From NCBI GenBank assembly GCA_041651115.1, contig JBAZJY010000003.1, positions 3,188 to 67,187 on the forward strand: DNA of 64,000 bases, in the 5' to 3' direction. Below the pieces are notes generated by a model. The model ran no database searches. It saw only the letters and a list, made by a program, of their open reading frames with translations, and was not told the origin of the DNA. Positions 35,077-43,473 of the stretch are shown one piece after another. The position numbers and the translations under genes were made by a program. The stretch is from Candidatus Omnitrophota bacterium. Lineage in GTDB: Bacteria; Omnitrophota; Gorgyraeia; Gygaellales; Profunditerraquicolaceae. Numbering within the stretch: position 1 is the stretch's first letter; each line of letters opens with the position of its first letter.

Positions 35077-35742
35077 TTACTTATTAATCAAGCTCGCAAA
35101 ATACCCCGCGCCAAATCCATTATCTATGTTGACTACCGTAACTCCCGGAGAGCAGCCGTTAAGCATTGAAAGCAATGCCGCAAGCCCCCCGAAACTCGCT
35201 CCATAACCGCAGCTCGTCGGAACGGCGATCACCGGCGAACTTACCAGGCCGCTGACTAAACTTGCCAGCGCGCCTTCCATACCGGCGACCACGACGATCA
35301 CCTTGGCCTTCTTTAAATAGTCCAGATTATGCATCAGCCTGTGCACGCCGGCAACCCCGACATCATAAAGCTTGACCGCGCGGTTACCCATTACTTCAAG
35401 CGTGACAAAGGCTTCATCGGCTATGGGAATGTCGGAAGTGCCCGCGGAAATAACTACCGCCAACCCCTTAGCGGGCCTTTTAACTGCGACAGAATATCCC
35501 AACCTGGCGGAAATATTATATTTTAGGCGAGGAAAACTTTTTTTCAGGTAAGCGTAAACCGGCTTATCCAGCCGGGTAAGTAACAAATCCTGCTTATTGG
35601 CAATAAGCTTGCGGCAAATTTCCCTGATATGCTCTCTTGTCTTACCAGCGCAATATATGACTTCAGGAAAACCCCTGCGCCTATGCCGGTCAATATCCAC
35701 TTTGGCAAAGCCAAGGTCGCAGAAACCAGTTTCAGAAACCAT
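35077..35742 (-). CDS. larB: LarB-like PurE-fold carboxylase (pyridinium-3,5-biscarboxylic acid mononucleotide synthase family)
   Basis: DLGFAKVDIDRHRRRGFPEVIYCAGKT N-terminal motif. Flavodoxin-like PurE fold (VVISAGTSDIP...VVAGMEGALASLV). 11 nt upstream of acsC. Confidence 0.55.
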   Translation of the reverse strand: MVSETGFCDLGFAKVDIDRHRRRGFPEVIYCAGKTREHIREICRKLIANKQDLLLTRLDKPVYAYLKKSFPRLKYNISARLGYSVAVKRPAKGLAVVISAGTSDIPIADEAFVTLEVMGNRAVKLYDVGVAGVHRLMHNLDYLKKAKVIVVVAGMEGALASLVSGLVSSPVIAVPTSCGYGASFGGLAALLSMLNGCSPGVTVVNIDNGFGAGYFASLINK

Positions 35743-36053
35743 TAAAATCCCCGGAAAATGATCACCAGTATTGCCGCGATGATTAAAGCGGACAGGATAT
35801 AAAAATCGTTAAAATAGAAGAAATCCCCGACCTTTTCTCCGAAACTCGCCTTCAGGAGAGCGCTACTCTTCTGCGCATGCGGTTTGGAATTCTTTTTGAA
35901 CTCTTCAACCTGATAGCGCTTGAACCTTAAATATACGCCGCCGATCTTATAGGCAGGCAAGATCTGGCTTTCAGCCAAGTCAATGACTTCCTTTTCCGAT
36001 ATATCAAGGAATAGCGACACTTCCCTTATAGTCAAAAGTTTTTCTTCAGACAT
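35742..36053 (-). CDS. small protein: N-terminal excisionase-type HTH (HTH_17) + C-terminal TM helix
   Basis: LLTIREVSLFLDISEKEVIDLAESQILPAYKIGGVYLRFKRYQVEEF HTH. C-terminal FYILSALIIAAILVIIF membrane anchor. Stop/start overlap with larB. Confidence 0.45.
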   Translation of the reverse strand: MSEEKLLTIREVSLFLDISEKEVIDLAESQILPAYKIGGVYLRFKRYQVEEFKKNSKPHAQKSSALLKASFGEKVGDFFYFNDFYILSALIIAAILVIIFRGF

Positions 36054-36089
36054 ATTAATAGTAAATAATCGCGGCGTTTATGAGTTAAT

Positions 36090-36179
36090 CCCGTAGCTAT
36101 TTCGAAAAATACCTGTATGCTACGGGATAAGTTCGGACATATAAGTTATGTTCGCTTCGCTCCATAACTTCTTATGTCC
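36090..36179. promoter_or_regulatory. two intergenic palindromes (CCCGTAGC...GCTACGGG and GGACATATAAGTTATG...CATAACTTCTTATGTCC), candidate operator sites
   Basis: Inverted repeats between the bactofilin-HTH gene stop and the HTH-TM gene start. No U-tract after either, so not classical terminators. Confidence 0.3.
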
Positions 36180-36183
36180 TTAC

Positions 36184-36696
36184 TTATTTTCCTACTTTTC
36201 CCGAAGCGACCCACGAATCAATCGCCTTCCTCTCGAATTTCCAGTTCTCGCCTTCCTTGAACCCGGGGACTTTACCGGAATTGGCCCATTCAAACACCGA
36301 ATTCAGGTCCACTTCAAGGTAGCGCGCCAGTTCTTCGGAGTTCAGGAAATCGTGCAGCATCAAACAGCGGCCTTCAAGTATTGCGCCTTCTGCGACGTTG
36401 AGTTTCGCCGGGTATATGTCTCCCTCAACGATCGCGCTGGGCAAGAGGGTCAATCTTTCTTTCGCGGTGATCTTACCTTTTACCCTGCCGCCGATAACGA
36501 TGTTGTCGCCGATAATGTCGGCGAAAACTATCGCCGAATTCCCGACGGTAAGGTTGCCTTTAGTATCAAGGTTGCCTTCAAACTTGCCGTTGATACGCAG
36601 GTTAACCGGGTCCTTAAAACTTAAGGTGCCCTGCATTGCCGCGTCTACATCAAGGACTTTCTCTTCCGGTTTCTTATTAAACGCCATTGCCCTCAC
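36184..36696 (-). CDS. bactofilin (DUF583) polymer-forming protein fused to a C-terminal excisionase-type HTH (HTH_17) domain
   Basis: Bactofilin beta-helix repeats (GNLTVGNSAIVFADIIGDNIVIGGRVKGKITAKERLTLLPSAIVEGDIYPAKLNVAEGAILEG). C-terminal LNSEELARYLEVDLNSVFEWANSGKVPGFKEG.NWKFERKAIDSWV HTH. Confidence 0.6.
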   Translation of the reverse strand: MRAMAFNKKPEEKVLDVDAAMQGTLSFKDPVNLRINGKFEGNLDTKGNLTVGNSAIVFADIIGDNIVIGGRVKGKITAKERLTLLPSAIVEGDIYPAKLNVAEGAILEGRCLMLHDFLNSEELARYLEVDLNSVFEWANSGKVPGFKEGENWKFERKAIDSWVASGKVGK

Positions 36697-37144
36697 CTCC
36701 TTTAATTTTTTCTTCTTTTCCGAGTATCATGCCGTCAACATAACGTAGAAAGAAAAGAACCATAAGCGTAAGGATGGTAGTAACAATAGCCGCGCTGTAG
36801 AAACCGCAGCCCACGGCAAGGCCGATGCCGGCAACCGTCCAAAGGCTGGCAGCCGTGGTCAGGCCTTTTACGCCCTGCCCCTGCGTGATTATTGCGCCTG
36901 CGCCCAGGAATCCTACTCCGGTAATCACTCCGGCGGCAATGCGCGCCGGGTCAAGCGCTACTATATTTTTATATATATCAAAAATATACAGCGATGTCAA
37001 CATTATAAGGCAAGAGCCGAGGCATACCAAAATATGCGTGCGCAATCCGGCTGTGCGGCGGTGTAACTGCCGCTCAAGGCCGATCAGGCCGCTCAATGCC
37101 ACTGACATGACTAACCGCGCTGTGACCTGAAAATCCGTAAGCAT
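36677..37144 (-). CDS. MgtC/SapB family membrane protein
   Basis: LIGLERQLHRRTAGLRTHILVCLGSCLIM...AAGVITGVGFLGAGAII is the MgtC signature. 155 aa. Confidence 0.7.
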   Translation of the reverse strand: MLTDFQVTARLVMSVALSGLIGLERQLHRRTAGLRTHILVCLGSCLIMLTSLYIFDIYKNIVALDPARIAAGVITGVGFLGAGAIITQGQGVKGLTTAASLWTVAGIGLAVGCGFYSAAIVTTILTLMVLFFLRYVDGMILGKEEKIKGGEGNGV

Positions 37145-37159
37145 AAGTACCTCGCTTTC

Positions 37160-38131
37160 TTAAAAGTCTAACTCCGATTTATGCCCTCTTTTAAATAACT
37201 GAAAACCCAAGCCGGCCACCATTGCCGCGTTATCCATGCATAACTGCCGGGAAGGAAAATGCAGGCTGACCTTGCGGCTTTGCGCATGCAGGGAAAATTT
37301 TTCCCTTAAGTAGCTGTTTGCCGCCACCCCGCCGCCAATCACCAACCGGTTAATTTTTTTCATCCTGCAGGCAAGCAGAGATTTTTCTACCAGCGTATCG
37401 GTTACTGCCTCCTGGAACGAAGCGGCAATATCACAGACAGTTTGCCGACTTAGGGTTTTTTCTGCCTTTACGCGGTAAAGAACCGCGGTTTTTATGCCGC
37501 TGAAACTAAAGTCAAGTTGGCCATGCGTGCCCGAACAACGGAATTTTATCTTTTTAGGGTTGCCTTTTTTTGCCAACTGCTCGATCAACGGGCCGCCGGG
37601 ATAACCCAATCCGAGGAGCTTGGCAATTTTGTCAAATGCTTCTCCGCAGGCGTCATCCTGCGTTGCGCCGAGTGTTTTGATATTGTCAAAATCCTTCACC
37701 AGAAAAAGGCTGGTGTGGCCGCCGGAAACGATCAGGGCAATAAATGGCAGCTGGATCGGTTTCCTGTCCAAGGCACTGGCATAGATATGCGCGTAAATAT
37801 GGTCAACAGCTAAAAGCGGCGCGCCTAAACTAAAAGCTATTGCCTTGGCAAATGATGTCCCCACCAAAAGCGACCCCGGCAAGCCCGGCCCTGCAGTTAC
37901 GCTAACCAGCCCGATATCTTTAAGTTTTATCCCTGCCTCTTCTACTGCCGAATCAACGACCTGGGTTATCGTCTCCAGCTGCATGCGTGAGGCGATCTCC
38001 GGGATAACGCCTCCATACTTGGCGTGAAATTTAATGCTTGAACTGACTACGTTAGAGAGGATGTCTCTGCCGTCTTTTACGATCGCCGCGGATGTTTCAT
38101 CGCAGGACGTCTCAATGCCTAATACGCGCAT
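37160..38131 (-). CDS. tsaD: tRNA N6-adenosine threonylcarbamoyltransferase TsaD (Kae1/YgjD)
   Basis: MRVLGIETSCDETSAAIV...SGGHTSL...GGVAAN. ASKHA fold. 323 aa. Confidence 0.85.
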   Translation of the reverse strand: MRVLGIETSCDETSAAIVKDGRDILSNVVSSSIKFHAKYGGVIPEIASRMQLETITQVVDSAVEEAGIKLKDIGLVSVTAGPGLPGSLLVGTSFAKAIAFSLGAPLLAVDHIYAHIYASALDRKPIQLPFIALIVSGGHTSLFLVKDFDNIKTLGATQDDACGEAFDKIAKLLGLGYPGGPLIEQLAKKGNPKKIKFRCSGTHGQLDFSFSGIKTAVLYRVKAEKTLSRQTVCDIAASFQEAVTDTLVEKSLLACRMKKINRLVIGGGVAANSYLREKFSLHAQSRKVSLHFPSRQLCMDNAAMVAGLGFQLFKRGHKSELDF

Positions 38132-38934
38132 TATTTTATCAGCTCCGATACAAAAACGAACCTGTAGCCTTCTTTTTCCATCTGCGGCATTAACTCCTTC
38201 AAAACCTGCAAGGTAAGCCTGCGGTCATGGCCAATGCCGATTGCCTTGCCATAGAGGCGCGCTTTCTTTTTTAGTTGGTTAACCTGATTTTTTATATATT
38301 CGGCGTCTTCTTTATTATCAAGGAACACGTTCCTGCGCGCATAGCCTACCTCCATCGTGCCAGCCAGGCCAGCAGCAACATTTCCTGAAGTAACATAGCT
38401 ATCAAGGAAATATAAGCCGCGCCTCTTTAATTCGGCGAAAATAACGGTCATTGTCCGCATATCACTTACCGCTGCGGAACCCATATGATTGGAAATGCCC
38501 CTGGCGGAATTCACACTGTCAAGGTCTAAGGCAAGGATCTGCCTGATCGTCGGCTCATCCATTCCTGTCATGATCGTGTTCTGCTCAAGATGGGATTTTT
38601 CCTGCGGTTCCATCGGGAAATGCAGGATCACCTCCTGGCCCAAGGCCCGCGCTTCCTGGCTGATCTTGACGGAATAGGGCAGATTCGGCAGTATTGCCAA
38701 TGTGACGCGCTGCTTGATCTGCTTTAATAAGGCTAAATTATTCTGATTATACCCCCAATCGTCTATGACAATGGCGATCTTGCCGATTTGCGCGGCAGGC
38801 GCAGGACGCCGCTTTACTTTCATTATCTTTTTTTTCGGCCGGGAAAAAAGCAGCGCGAAAATCGCGATTGCTTCAATGACAACAACCAGCGCCAGGATAA
38901 CAACCAGTTTTTTATATTTATTACGATGCGCCAT
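38131..38934 (-). CDS. divergent polysaccharide deacetylase (YibQ family) with N-terminal membrane anchor
   Basis: IAIVIDDWGYN...LPNLPYS...ILHFPMEP is the YibQ-like motif series. Confidence 0.55.
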   Translation of the reverse strand: MAHRNKYKKLVVILALVVVIEAIAIFALLFSRPKKKIMKVKRRPAPAAQIGKIAIVIDDWGYNQNNLALLKQIKQRVTLAILPNLPYSVKISQEARALGQEVILHFPMEPQEKSHLEQNTIMTGMDEPTIRQILALDLDSVNSARGISNHMGSAAVSDMRTMTVIFAELKRRGLYFLDSYVTSGNVAAGLAGTMEVGYARRNVFLDNKEDAEYIKNQVNQLKKKARLYGKAIGIGHDRRLTLQVLKELMPQMEKEGYRFVFVSELIK

Positions 38935-40216
38935 GTGCCTTATCGCCGGTGTCTTGCTGATAGACCTTTATTGCTTTCAACGCGTCTATCGCAGCCATAA
39001 GCTGCTTATCGGACTTATAATCCATAACAGGCGCGGCTTCTTTTTCTTCAGGCTTGGCTTCAAGTTGTTCAAAGACGTCTTCGGTCTTAACAGCCGGCTG
39101 TTCCTGTTTCTCTTCTTTTTTTAGCGGCTCGCTCTCTACCTCGATATCCGGCATTATGCCGATACCCTGTATCGGCCTGTCTAAAGGAGTAAAATAACGG
39201 CTGGTAGTAAGTTTTATTGCTGACCCGTCGCCCAGCGGGATCACCGTCTGCACAAAACCCTTGCCGAAGGATTTTTTCCCCAGGATCACTGCGCGCTTAT
39301 AGTCCTGAAAACATCCGGCAACGATTTCGCTTCCGGAAGCAGAGCCCTCGTTGATCAATACGGCAATGGGAATATCCTGGTATATCCGGCGGCCATGAGC
39401 AAAAAACTGCAGGTTCTGCGAATCCTTACGGCCTTTAGTGGAAACGATGAGCTTGCCTTCCGGTATGAATTTTTCGCTGACCTTCGCGGCAATATCCAAC
39501 AGCCCTCCGGGGTTATTGCGCAGGTCAAGCACCAGCGCGCTCATTCCTTCTTTGCTCAATCTATCCAGTACTTTATCCATATCCCCGGGAGTATTTTCCC
39601 GGAATTCAATTAATCGGATATAGGCAATGCCGTCCTCAAGTATCCTGGCATCTTTAATATCCCGGATCTTGATGATGTCGCGGACAATCCTGAATTCCAA
39701 AACCTTTTTTTCCGATTCACGCCAGATCGCCAGGTCAACCGCCTCTCCGGGCTTGCCGCGCATTTTTTTCACTGCGTCGGTAAGGGTAATGTCACGCGTC
39801 AACTCATTATTGATCTTAACGATCCGGTCTCCGGCTTTTATCCCGGCTTTCCACGCCGGCGTATCTTCAATCGGCGTGATTATCGTCAGCAACCCGTCTT
39901 TAATGGAAATCTCAATGCCCAGCCCGCCGAATTGCCCCTCTGTATCAATCTTAAGTTCGTTATAGTCATTCGGGTCAAGGAACTGGCTGTGCGGGTCAAG
40001 CGCAGAAAGCATTCCTTTTAACGCGCCGTAGATCAGGTCTTTGCCGGATACATTGTCTACATATTCATCCTCAACGATCACCAGCGCATTAGAAAAAAGC
40101 TCAACCTGCTTAAGCATGTCGTCTTTCTTCTTTTTATCTATCCCGGAAACCGCAAAAGACGTCGCGACGAGGATAGCGCTGCAAAGCGCCGCTGCGCCAA
40201 GGATCTTTTTAAACAC
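38921..40216 (-). CDS. ctpA: carboxyl-terminal processing protease (S41 family, PDZ domain), secreted
   Basis: Signal peptide. PDZ (GIKAGDRIVKINNE). S41 catalytic region (VLINEGSASGSEIVAG..., KSFGKG). Confidence 0.8.
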   Translation of the reverse strand: MFKKILGAAALCSAILVATSFAVSGIDKKKKDDMLKQVELFSNALVIVEDEYVDNVSGKDLIYGALKGMLSALDPHSQFLDPNDYNELKIDTEGQFGGLGIEISIKDGLLTIITPIEDTPAWKAGIKAGDRIVKINNELTRDITLTDAVKKMRGKPGEAVDLAIWRESEKKVLEFRIVRDIIKIRDIKDARILEDGIAYIRLIEFRENTPGDMDKVLDRLSKEGMSALVLDLRNNPGGLLDIAAKVSEKFIPEGKLIVSTKGRKDSQNLQFFAHGRRIYQDIPIAVLINEGSASGSEIVAGCFQDYKRAVILGKKSFGKGFVQTVIPLGDGSAIKLTTSRYFTPLDRPIQGIGIMPDIEVESEPLKKEEKQEQPAVKTEDVFEQLEAKPEEKEAAPVMDYKSDKQLMAAIDALKAIKVYQQDTGDKAHGAS

Positions 40217-41639
40217 TTTCCAGCCTCCGCTTTAGCATTTCCTGCACTACCTTTGGGTTTGCCTTGCCGCCGGTCTTTTTCATCACTTGCCCGACAAGGA
40301 ACATCAAGGCATTGGCTTTTCCCGAACGGTAATCCGCAACTGACTTGGCGTTCTCAGAGATCGCTGCCTCCATCTCTTTCTCTAGTGCGCCTTCGTCAGA
40401 AATCTGCGCCAGGTTCTTTTCCTGAATAATAAGCGCCGGCGGCTTACCAGTAGCAGCCATTTCAGCCAACACTTCTTTTCCTTTAAGATTAGAGATTACC
40501 TGCTTATTCTCCACAAGGTCGATCAATTCCAGAAAGTCACCTGTAGAAATTTTAATTTCCGAAATTTCAATGTTATTGCTGCCGGCTATTCCGGCCAATG
40601 GCCCGATTAACCAATTGGCTACCGATTTCTTATTTTTACCTTGCCTAAGGCGATCTTCGGCATAATCAGCGTTGTCTTTAGTTGAAACTAAAATCCCGGC
40701 ATCATATTCGGAAAGGCCGTATTCTTTCATAAAGCGCAATGCCTTTGCCTTAGGCAACTCCGGGATCTGTTTACGAATTGCCTCGATCTGATCCTTGGCG
40801 ATGATAAACGGCGGCAGGTCAGGTTCCGGAAAATAACGGTAATCCTTTGCCTCTTCCTTTGTGCGCATAGGGAATGTTTTCATTGCCTTGACATCCCAGA
40901 GCCTTGTCTCCTGGATGATCGTTTCCCCGTTTTCCAGCGCATGCTCCTGCCTTTCTATCTCATAAGCAAGCGCATCCTTAACACCCTTAAAAGAATTCAT
41001 ATTTTTCAGCTCGGCCTTTGTGCCTAACCGTGTCTGGCCTTTTTTCCTGATGGAAATATTGGCATCGCAGCGCAAAGACCCCTTTTCCATATCGCAGTCG
41101 GAAACGTCAAGGTACTCAATAATACTCTTTAACGCAGAAAGATATTCGTACGCTTCCTGCGCCGAGTTGATATCCGGCTCAGTAACGATCTCCAAGAGCG
41201 GTATGCCGGCGCGGTTTAAGTCAACCTGGCTTGAATTTGCAGCGTGGATAAGCTTGCCTGCGTCTTCTTCCAGATGCGCGCGCTTGATGCGGATGCGCTT
41301 AGGCGTATTGCCAACGTTAATATCTAAAAATCCGTCTTTAGAAACCGGCAGGTCATACTGCGAGATCTGATAATTTTTCGGAAGGTCAGGATAGTAATAA
41401 TGCTTGCGGTCAAATTTAGTATATTCCTGCACGCTGCAGCCTAATGCCAATCCGACTTTAATGGCGTATTCCAACGCGGTCTTATTTAATACCGGTAGCG
41501 ACCCCGGAAATCCCAGGCAAACCGGGCAAACCTGAGAGTTGGGCTCAGCGCCGAATTCAGTGGAACAGCCGCAAAAAGCCTTGGTCTTAGTACTTAGATG
41601 AATATGGACCTCAAGTCCGATTACTGCTTCGTATTCCAT
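40209..41639 (-). CDS. gatB: Asp-tRNA(Asn)/Glu-tRNA(Gln) amidotransferase subunit B
   Basis: MEYEAVIGLEVHIHL...CGCSTEFGAEPNSQVCPVCLGFPGSLPVLN is the canonical GatB N-terminus. C-terminal GatB/YqeY domain. Confidence 0.9.
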   Translation of the reverse strand: MEYEAVIGLEVHIHLSTKTKAFCGCSTEFGAEPNSQVCPVCLGFPGSLPVLNKTALEYAIKVGLALGCSVQEYTKFDRKHYYYPDLPKNYQISQYDLPVSKDGFLDINVGNTPKRIRIKRAHLEEDAGKLIHAANSSQVDLNRAGIPLLEIVTEPDINSAQEAYEYLSALKSIIEYLDVSDCDMEKGSLRCDANISIRKKGQTRLGTKAELKNMNSFKGVKDALAYEIERQEHALENGETIIQETRLWDVKAMKTFPMRTKEEAKDYRYFPEPDLPPFIIAKDQIEAIRKQIPELPKAKALRFMKEYGLSEYDAGILVSTKDNADYAEDRLRQGKNKKSVANWLIGPLAGIAGSNNIEISEIKISTGDFLELIDLVENKQVISNLKGKEVLAEMAATGKPPALIIQEKNLAQISDEGALEKEMEAAISENAKSVADYRSGKANALMFLVGQVMKKTGGKANPKVVQEMLKRRLESV

Positions 41640-41642
41640 ATT

Positions 41643-43103
41643 TTATAACTTTGGTTTTTGCAAATGCCACGCCGTGCCTTGTTCATAAGCATGGGCCGCG
41701 CGTAAAATGGCCTCTTCGTTAAAAGGCCTGGCCAAGATCTGCAAGCCGACAGGCAGCCCGGCCTTCGTAAAGCCGCATGGTAGGGATATTGCCGGAATAC
41801 CTGCCAGGTTCACGGATATCGTATAGATATCCGACAAATACATACTTAAAGGGTCTTGCGCCTTCTCCCCGATCTTAAACGCCGGAGTAGGTGAAGTAGG
41901 GGTAATAATACAGTCAAAATCAGCGAACACAGCGTCAAAATCCTGTTTGATCAGAGTCCTCACCTTTAATGCGCGTAAATAGTAAGCATCGTAATAGCCG
42001 TGTGAAAGCGCGAATGTTCCCAAAAGAATCCTGCGTTTTGCCTCTTCGCCAAAACCCTGGCCGCGCGTTCTTTTATACATCTCAATCATGCTCTGGCCAT
42101 GCGCAGCAGTATTTTTGGCGCGATAGCCGTATTGCACGCCGTCAAAACGGGCGAGATTAGAGCTCGCCTCGGCAGTGGCAATAATATAATAAACCGGAAC
42201 AGCATATTCGGTATGGGGCAAAGACACCTGCTTGCAAGAAGCGCCCAAACTTTTTAATTTTTCAACTGCTTCTTCAACAATGCTCCTTACTTCCGGGTCC
42301 ATTCCATCAATAAAATATTCTTTAGGCAATGCGATCTTCATTCCCTTAATATCATTGGTCAGCGATCTTGTGTAATCCGGCACCGGCAGGTCGACAGAAG
42401 TAGAATCGTTTGTATCATGGCCGGAAATAACATTCATTAGCAGCGCCGAATCGCGCACATCTTTGGTGATCGGGCCGATCTGATCAAGGCTTGAGGCAAA
42501 TGCGATCAAGCCGTAACGGGAAACCCTGCCGTATGTCGGCTTCAACCCAACCACTCCGCAGAAGGCTGCCGGTTGGCGGATGGAACCGCCGGTATCAGAG
42601 CCTAATGCCATAATTGCTTCATCCGCGGCAATTGCCGCAGCAGATCCACCGGATGAGCCGCCGGGCACGCGCTCCAAATCCCAGGGGTTGCGCGTGGGGC
42701 CAAAACAGGAATTCTCCGTAGATGAACCAAACGCAAATTCATCCATATTTGCCTTGGCAGCTAAAACTACTGCTCCTGCACTTTTAAGTTTTTTTATGAC
42801 TGTCGCATCATAAGGAGGCTTAAATCCGGCAAGGATCTTTGAGCAGCATTCGGTATTCTGGCCGTCGGTGCAGATATTGTCCTTGATGGTAACGGGGATG
42901 CCGCTTAGGTGATAGGTGTCAGGTGTCAGGTGTTGGGCGTCAGGTGATAGGCCCAAGGGATCAGAAAGCCTGACATAGGCCTTAACCTTAGGATCGGTTT
43001 TTTTAATACATCGTTCTAAATCTGCAATAACATCCCGGGAGGTTATTTCTTTTTTCCCTAATTTCCCTAAAAATTCATGCGCAGTTAATCTATTTAGTTC
43101 CAT
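41643..43103 (-). CDS. gatA: Asp-tRNA(Asn)/Glu-tRNA(Gln) amidotransferase subunit A (amidase signature)
   Basis: [13 protein letters not shown] amidase signature. 486 aa. Contains an in-frame heptamer-repeat-derived insert ([13 protein letters not shown]) at 42908-42952. Confidence 0.9.
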   Translation of the reverse strand: MELNRLTAHEFLGKLGKKEITSRDVIADLERCIKKTDPKVKAYVRLSDPLGLSPDAQHLTPDTYHLSGIPVTIKDNICTDGQNTECCSKILAGFKPPYDATVIKKLKSAGAVVLAAKANMDEFAFGSSTENSCFGPTRNPWDLERVPGGSSGGSAAAIAADEAIMALGSDTGGSIRQPAAFCGVVGLKPTYGRVSRYGLIAFASSLDQIGPITKDVRDSALLMNVISGHDTNDSTSVDLPVPDYTRSLTNDIKGMKIALPKEYFIDGMDPEVRSIVEEAVEKLKSLGASCKQVSLPHTEYAVPVYYIIATAEASSNLARFDGVQYGYRAKNTAAHGQSMIEMYKRTRGQGFGEEAKRRILLGTFALSHGYYDAYYLRALKVRTLIKQDFDAVFADFDCIITPTSPTPAFKIGEKAQDPLSMYLSDIYTISVNLAGIPAISLPCGFTKAGLPVGLQILARPFNEEAILRAAHAYEQGTAWHLQKPKL

Positions 43104-43152
43104 TATATTCTTTCTAACCTGACACCTAACACCTAAGACCTAACACCTATCA
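43104..43152. repeat. tandem heptanucleotide repeats (mRNA strand GATAGGT GTTAGGT CTTAGGT GTTAGGT GTCAGGT) filling the gatC-gatA junction
   Basis: Five tandem GTYAGGT units on the minus (mRNA) strand between the gatC stop (43150) and the gatA start (43103). Each unit carries an SD-like AGGT(G). Confidence 0.65.
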
Positions 43153-43437
43153 TTCAATGACTTTCGGCACGATGAAAAACGTATCGCGTTTTTCCGGCGC
43201 GTTTGCCAGCGCCTTTTGGCTGGACAGGGAAATCCCCGGATGATCTTGCCGCAATACATTGCTTAACGGAAGGATATGGCTTGTCGCTGCGATATTATCC
43301 GTGTTTACGCCTTTTAGCTTATCAATAAAATCAAGTATACTGCTAAGCTGCCCGGAGATCTTCTCCAATTCCTGCGGCTCAAGCTCAATGCGGCTTAAAT
43401 GCGCGACATATTCAACTATTTCTTTATTTATTGCCAT
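43150..43437 (-). CDS. gatC: Asp-tRNA(Asn)/Glu-tRNA(Gln) amidotransferase subunit C
   Basis: 95 aa. IEYVAHLSRIELEPQELEKISGQLSSILDFIDKL is the typical GatC sequence. Confidence 0.8.
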   Translation of the reverse strand: MAINKEIVEYVAHLSRIELEPQELEKISGQLSSILDFIDKLKGVNTDNIAATSHILPLSNVLRQDHPGISLSSQKALANAPEKRDTFFIVPKVIE

Positions 43438-43473
43438 ATTTACCTCGGTTTTAAGCCTTTATAATACCATCAC

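Noticed and set aside
43104-43152. Heptamer repeat tracts as a CRISPR array.
   Set aside because: The units are 7 nt and directly tandem with no spacers. There are no cas genes. Copies occur inside coding sequences.
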